30,386 nucleotides of DNA from Thermoproteaceae archaeon (GTDB lineage: Archaea > Thermoproteota > Thermoprotei > Thermoproteales > Thermoproteaceae), in assembly GCA_020833025.1 (NCBI GenBank), contig JAJHRB010000012.1, positions 1 through 30,386 on the forward strand. Direction: 5' to 3'. Under the pieces are notes generated by a model. That model searched no databases. It was not told the DNA's origin and saw nothing but the letters and a program-made list of their open reading frames with translations. This document shows positions 24,369 to 30,386 of the stretch, one piece after another. Position 1 is the stretch's first letter. Each line of letters opens with the position of its first letter. A program made the translations under genes and the position numbers.

Positions 24369-25783
24369 CGCCCGCCTCTCGGCAGCCTCCCGCTCAGCGC
24401 CTCCAAAACTCTCCTCACATCCTCCTCGGTGTACCGCTCCCTGCCCAAGGCCTCCAGCAGCCTGGAGGCGCCGGCCACCACTGCCGGCGGCTTGCCCCTT
24501 AGGGGGCCGTCTGCTCTGCTGCAGAGCTCCCGGAACAGCGGCCGCATCCTCTCTTCCCTCACCAGCGCGTCCAGGTGCCTACAGGCGTCGGCCTCCACGT
24601 TGACGATGACGAACCTCCTCAGCAAGGCCTCCCCGAGCATGAACAGATTCCTGGCATCCCTTAGGTTCATGGTGCCTATAACGCGTATAAGCCTCAGCGG
24701 GCCGTCACCAAGCCTCCTGTAGTACTCCAGAAACTTCCTAGCCTCCTCGTCGACGCGGTTGCCGTAGCTCTCTATCTCCTCCACAAGCCCCCTCGGTATC
24801 GACCAGTCCTCGCAAAACGGCGAGACGAAAACTGCGAAGAAATCGGCGAAGGCCTTGTCGGCATCTGCCCTATTGATCTCATCGACTATAAGAAAGTACG
24901 GCCGGTAGTCGCCGGCGAGCACTCTCTCCGCGGCTCTATTGTAGGCCCTTATCAGAAGCCCAGACCTCCAGTACACCATGTTGTTGATCATCGTCTCCCC
25001 GCCTACCACATCCCGCCTGAACCACAGCGCGTGGGCCACCGCGAGGTGGTACCCGCTGCCCAGCGTCTCGGCGATGGCCTTCGCCAAGGTCGTCTTCCCC
25101 ACACCGGGCGGGCCCACCAGAAGAGGGTTGCCCACCTTCACCGCCGAGACGGCCAGCTCCAGCACATGGTCATCGTCAAAATGGAGACCCCTCCCTCTGA
25201 CCGCCTCGATGACTCTCTGCACATCTACGCTCAAACCGCAGGGACCCGTAACCCTAGGGACCTCCGCGCTCAGACGGTAGGGAGCCTCCATCCTCTCAAG
25301 AGTCCACTTTACCAATCTACAGTCTATCTCTTCGAGGGAGCCCTGAAACACCGGAAACTCGAGCCCCTCGGCGTACTGCCCCCTCGGCAGCCAGTAGAGA
25401 ACGCGAATGAAGAACTTGAAGTCCCACCCCGTCCCCTCCGGCCAGTAATCGCATTTACACTCGCCGACGAGGTCCTCTGCGGAAATCTCGCCAATCACCA
25501 CGATTTTCCTCCCAAGAGGAGACCGCGGCTCCGGCTTGGTAGACACCCCCAGCACCAGCACCCTCCCGGCGTCCCTCACCGCCCTCTTCAGACTCTGATA
25601 GTAGTCAGCATTTCCGAAAGCCCACAAAATAGCCCCCCTACGTTTTCTCGCAGAGATAAAACCGAGACACTCCCGCGGGCACGCGCCGCCCCGCGGCGGG
25701 CTCGGGCTTAAGACGCCCTCCCTCTCAACATCGCTAAGCGAGTGATACCAATTGTCGTAAGAGCCCTGGATGACAAAACACAT
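24365..25783 (-). CDS. McrB-like AAA+ NTPase with an N-terminal putative modified-DNA reader domain
   Basis: Walker A GPPGVGKT, Walker B LIVDEINRAD, McrB-like GTMNLRD...ALLRRF. About 170-aa N-terminal domain with NW...W...VIG...YWP...F pattern. Confidence 0.8.
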   Translation of the reverse strand: MCFVIQGSYDNWYHSLSDVEREGVLSPSPPRGGACPRECLGFISARKRRGAILWAFGNADYYQSLKRAVRDAGRVLVLGVSTKPEPRSPLGRKIVVIGEISAEDLVGECKCDYWPEGTGWDFKFFIRVLYWLPRGQYAEGLEFPVFQGSLEEIDCRLVKWTLERMEAPYRLSAEVPRVTGPCGLSVDVQRVIEAVRGRGLHFDDDHVLELAVSAVKVGNPLLVGPPGVGKTTLAKAIAETLGSGYHLAVAHALWFRRDVVGGETMINNMVYWRSGLLIRAYNRAAERVLAGDYRPYFLIVDEINRADADKAFADFFAVFVSPFCEDWSIPRGLVEEIESYGNRVDEEARKFLEYYRRLGDGPLRLIRVIGTMNLRDARNLFMLGEALLRRFVIVNVEADACRHLDALVREERMRPLFRELCSRADGPLRGKPPAVVAGASRLLEALGRERYTEEDVRRVLEALSGRLPRGGR

Positions 25784-26216
25784 CGAGATTGTTTCATTGA
25801 GACGTCTTTATACGCGATTCCCCGAGCGTTACACTGCAGAATCCGACCACGGCCGCTCTATCGGGGAGGCGCCCATATGTCGCCGTCCACCGCTACTCCT
25901 CCAGGATTCCGCTCCGCCCGGGCCCGGCGTTTATAAATCGTCGTGCGGAACCCGCTTTACACGCATCTAGGCGGTCTGCTCTGCCGCCGGGCTTTGCTCT
26001 GCAAGGCGGGCGCCCAGTTTAAAAAACGTCGTGCGGGCCTGAGGCGCTGGGCGGCGCCGGCACGTGCTTTCGCGCAGTCGCGGGCAAAGGCAGCGCGGCG
26101 CCCGCGTGAATTTGCCGTGGCGCGCCCGCGCAATTGTCGAGGGCACGCCGCGACAAAGCTCTCGATTGCGGCGGAAATGCTTAAAAAGGGGCAGAGAGGC
26201 TCGCCCAGAGAGCCCG
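25784..26216. promoter_or_regulatory. CRISPR leader and divergent promoter region
   Basis: GAAA...TTAAAAA (26181-26187) about 30 nt before repeat 1. TATAAA on the - strand (about 25808-25813) before mcrB. A 20-nt direct repeat at 25929 and 26017. Confidence 0.7.
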
Positions 26217-29200
26217 GAATCTCAAGAGAAGGATTGAAAGGTCGCGTACTTCAGCGCCCAGAACGTGACGGGGGCGCTCGGAATCTCAAGAGAAGGATTG
26301 AAAGCTCCCAAACCCAGGCCTGGCTAGTCAGGGAGCTGAGGAGGAGGAATCTCAAGAGAAGGATTGAAAGACCCGGCGTAGCCCGGGCCGGGCGGCTCCG
26401 GCACGATGAGCGCGAATCTCAAGAGAAGGATTGAAAGGAAGCCGCCAGCGGGCGTCCAGTAGAGCTCGGCTGACTTCTGAATCTCAAGAGAAGGATTGAA
26501 AGCGTCAACTGTCCCGCTGTCTTGGCCCATCTGTCTCCTGACGTGAATCTCAAGAGAAGGATTGAAAGGCGAGGAGCAGGCCAGGGCGTACTACCTCTGG
26601 GCGCAGGCCGTCGAATCTCAAGAGAAGGATTGAAAGCACGTCAAGTACGCTGCAGTCGTCCACCCCTGGATCTATGGAATCTCAAGAGAAGGATTGAAAG
26701 AAGTGCGAGCCCGGAATGACGCTGTGCCACAAGTGCTACCCGAATCTCAAGAGAAGGATTGAAAGCTCCACGGGGCACCCCGGTTTTGTCCTGTCTGCCA
26801 TGTTTGCGTGAATCTCAAGAGAAGGATTGAAAGTCTCCATGAACGTGGCGAGACGCGCGTGGGAGGAGCTGCTCGGAATCTCAAGAGAAGGATTGAAAGG
26901 ATATGTAAGGACGTCCTGCAGCGCGCCAAGGACGCGGTAGGAATCTCAAGAGAAGGATTGAAAGATAGCCAGGGCGCTGGGCTGGGTCATAGCCGGGTCT
27001 CTGCTGAATCTCAAGAGAAGGATTGAAAGAGGCTGCCGGGTGGCGGGGCAGGCCCCCGGAGATTCCGAGGTCTGAATCTCAAGAGAAGGATTGAAAGGAC
27101 AAAGGTCTCGCACTGCGGGAAAGAGCTCCTAGTCCTGTGAATCTCAAGAGAAGGATTGAAAGTTGCAATCACGGCGGCGCCGTCGGCCCACTGCGGGAGC
27201 GCCGAATCTCAAGAGAAGGATTGAAAGCGAGCAATAGCTGAATGCCATGTGCCATGGGCGAAAAGCTTAAGAATCTCAAGAGAAGGATTGAAAGCTCCAG
27301 CTCCTGCCTGCAGGCAGCCAGCTCCGCCTCGTAGCGGAATCTCAAGAGAAGGATTGAAAGTGCCGCTGTAGTTTGCGATCGGGCGGTCGCTCAAGTGCTC
27401 GGAATCTCAAGAGAAGGATTGAAAGAACAACATAGCAGATGACCGCTGGCATGGCTACGCGAGTCTCTGAATCTCAAGAGAAGGATTGAAAGCGCCTCGC
27501 TGATCCTCAAGACGTGGTGGCCGCTGATTGCCTCGGGAATCTCAAGAGAAGGATTGAAAGTTAGGCAAATCTCTTGCAGCTGTTCAAAGGTGAGAGGGCC
27601 GTGTCGAATCTCAAGAGAAGGATTGAAAGATCAACGCCGTGCCGTGGATGCTGCTCGCGAGGGACCTGCCCGAATCTCAAGAGAAGGATTGAAAGTCCCC
27701 CCGGGGTCCCGTTCTTTTGCCGGGCCGGGCCCCGCGAATCTCAAGAGAAGGATTGAAAGCATAAACGCGGCGGAGCTGTTCCACGCCCTCGGCGAGGGCT
27801 GAATCTCAAGAGAAGGATTGAAAGATGGCCCGGCCAGCGCGGGCGTCCACACTGAACCGGTTCCACCGAATCTCAAGAGAAGGATTGAAAGCGGGACTTC
27901 ACGCGGCACTACGGCAATCACGCGGTAGAGTTCTGAATCTCAAGAGAAGGATTGAAAGCCCGCCGCACTGAGTTCGCCCTCGCGGTGGGGCGCGTCTCTG
28001 GGAATCTCAAGAGAAGGATTGAAAGTGAACACGTCCTCCTCCGCGCCCTCCTGTCCGTCCGGGTTGCCGCCGAATCTCAAGAGAAGGATTGAAAGTCCCT
28101 GCGGTAGCGCCTGAGCGTTAAGTAATCGCGCAGCCTGGGAATCTCAAGAGAAGGATTGAAAGTCGCCAAATCTCAGCACCGCCCACGGCCCCTCCCGCCG
28201 CACGAATCTCAAGAGAAGGATTGAAAGCTGAGAACTCGTAGCGGAACGCCCAGTCGTCGCCGAGCTCCGAATCTCAAGAGAAGGATTGAAAGCGTCTGGC
28301 CGGACTGGCGCTCCTACCTCTGCGGCGGCACCGAGGGAATCTCAAGAGAAGGATTGAAAGTCTCCGGCTTTCTCTTCTCGCCCGCCCACTCGTAATCGAA
28401 GTCCGGAATCTCAAGAGAAGGATTGAAAGGCGAGAACTCCCTCGCGGTGCCGCGCCTTATCAGGTCCTCTGCGAATCTCAAGAGAAGGATTGAAAGTCTT
28501 TGCCAGTCCCTCGAGCACCCCCAGCGCGCCGAATATGGAATCTCAAGAGAAGGATTGAAAGCCCTTTTTCCCGCTTTCTACTCCCTTCCCTCTATTCCCG
28601 CGGAATCTCAAGAGAAGGATTGAAAGTCGTGAAGAAGTCGGCAATGGCCCCGAAGGCCTGAGACACCGAATCTCAAGAGAAGGATTGAAAGCCGCGTGGC
28701 GGTCCCAGCGGGCGCGCCGGAAACCGCGGGAATCTCAAGAGAAGGATTGAAAGTTCACGCGGCCATGGTCGAGGCGCGCGTGACGCGGTGGGGGAATCTC
28801 AAGAGAAGGATTGAAAGCTCCAGCGCTTCGCCCTGTAGCAGCACGCCGTCTTGACTCTCGAATCTCAAGAGAAGGATTGAAAGCAATCATGTCGTCGCGG
28901 TACTCGCGTACCTTGAGCCCGCACTCGAATCTCAAGAGAAGGATTGAAAGGTGACCCCGACGGCGGCGCGGTACTACGTGCGCGGCGCCGGGGAATCTCA
29001 AGAGAAGGATTGAAAGGTACTTCCTGCTTGTCAGGTCGTGGCACTCAAGAATCAGAATCTCAAGAGAAGGATTGAAAGGCCGTCGTCAAGTGCGTCGAGG
29101 GCAGTCTCGACGTCAATCTCGAATCTCAAGAGAAGGATTGAAAGCTCAACGCTGTAATACACGCTACCGGTGTAGCTGAAGCCGTGAATCTCAAGAGAAG

Positions 29201-30386
29201 GATTGAAAGCTGCTGCTTGCAGTCCCGGCGTCGGTGACGCGCGAGACGGAATCTCAAGAGAAGGATTGAAAGGTGGTGCATGTCAGTCCCGCGGAGCACG
29301 AGGTCAGTAATCTCCGAATCTCAAGAGAAGGATTGAAAGCGCGGCGGGTAGCGCATCGGCGAGAGGCTCCTGTAGCCCGTGGAATCTCAAGAGAAGGATT
29401 GAAAGGACGTACTGCGCGAGACCGCCGGACGCCTGCAGCACCGAATCTCAAGAGAAGGATTGAAAGGTCACTGCCCTTTCCCTGCGCCCTCTGCGCTATC
29501 TCGGCATCGAATCTCAAGAGAAGGATTGAAAGACCGTCAGGATGGCTGTCGCGGGATTGCCGTGATAGACGCCGAATCTCAAGAGAAGGATTGAAAGTGG
29601 CGTACTTCGGATCCACTTGCGCGGCGCGTCGGAGGTGGGAATCTCAAGAGAAGGATTGAAAGGTGGTGCCAGACGGCGCGCTGAGGAATTTCGTCGCGTG
29701 GGCCGGAATCTCAAGAGAAGGATTGAAAGTGCGTCGCGGCGGCGTGACGCTCATTGACAGCGTGTCGTGGAATCTCAAGAGAAGGATTGAAAGGACGCGG
29801 CCGCAGGGCTCGACGCTATCACGCTCGTGATCGCGAATCTCAAGAGAAGGATTGAAAGATTATGCTTGCCAGCAAGCCAGTGCGGGTAATCGCGCTTGAG
29901 CGAATCTCAAGAGAAGGATTGAAAGCTGCATTGACTTCCCCGATGCCAGCCAGAGCTTCATTGATAAGTGCGGAATCTCAAGAGAAGGATTGAAAGTCCT
30001 TGAACAGGTGGATCCAGCCCGTCCTCAGCAGCGGAATCTCAAGAGAAGGATTGAAAGAGACCTAAGCACGGTCGACCAAGACATCGCCGACGCGGAACGC
30101 GAATCTCAAGAGAAGGATTGAAAGTGGCTGCAGCCCTGCTAACGAGGCCCGCAATGCCCTTGGCCGGAATCTCAAGAGAAGGATTGAAAGTCAAGCACGA
30201 GTGGGGCAGGAGGGTGCCGCTCAGCGCGTTGAATCTCAAGAGAAGGATTGAAAGACGAACTGCCGCACCGCCTGATCATCTACGGTCTCAAGAGGAATCT
30301 CAAGAGAAAGATTGAAAGCTCGGTTGGTACCAACCGGCTGGGAAACCTGGGGCACCACGATCTGAATCTCAAGAGAGGGATTGAAA
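26217..30386 (+). CRISPR. CRISPR array: 64 repeats (last one truncated by the window edge) and 63 spacers of 37-46 nt
   Basis: 24-nt repeat GAATCTCAAGAGAAGGATTGAAAG, counted by hand. Repeats 63 and 64 each carry one substitution, which marks the trailer end. The leader on the left and the ATTGAAAG 3' handle give + orientation. Confidence 0.99.

Noticed and set aside
27295-27336. Spacer 17 partly resembling the nuclease gene near 21280-21295
   Set aside because: Only about 10-12 shared nt (CCGCCTCGTA) from common coiled-coil codons; not a protospacer.
26217-30386. ORFs inside the array (NLKRRIES, ISREGLK and FNPSLEI repeats)
   Set aside because: Translation artefacts of the CRISPR repeat.
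1-30386. tRNA, rRNA, cas genes, integrase
   Set aside because: None recognised by eye. A tRNAscan or Infernal run would be needed to exclude small RNAs.

Overview
GC-rich crenarchaeal DNA, most likely Thermoproteales (Pyrobaculum/Thermoproteus-like). That assignment is inferred from paREP-type genes, leaderless GTG starts about 20-28 nt after TATA boxes, and the CRISPR repeat type. Left part (1-14.2 kb) is metabolic: a truncated TnpB-like gene fused tail-to-tail to a truncated mqnC, then intact mqnE. A tightly coupled dsrE-tusA-mvhD-hdrA-hdrA-wHTH-qmoC-like operon follows, with no hdrB, aprAB or hydrogenase in the window. After it come PaREP1, an orphan IS200/IS605-type right end, a HEPN-MNT pair, a sucD remnant, mdh, mqnD, a coiled-coil repeat protein and a THUMP tRNA methyltransferase. 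Middle (14.2-19.3 kb) is an island of secreted or membrane-anchored proteins, including a frameshift-hidden trypsin-like (S1) protease and beta-propeller-like proteins. Right part (19.7-30.4 kb) is a defence-like region: AGOG, a three-hairpin element, a membrane-anchored nuclease, HepT-MntA, a paREP15-like gene, an McrBC-like pair, and a CRISPR array of 64 repeats running to the window end with no cas genes in view. Best leads are the sulfur-carrier-linked Hdr/Qmo-like module, a solitary CRISPR repeat in the 3' end of mqnD, the pro-domain-less protease with its coupled partner, and McrBC divergent from the CRISPR leader. All family calls come from motif recognition by eye; no database searches were run.
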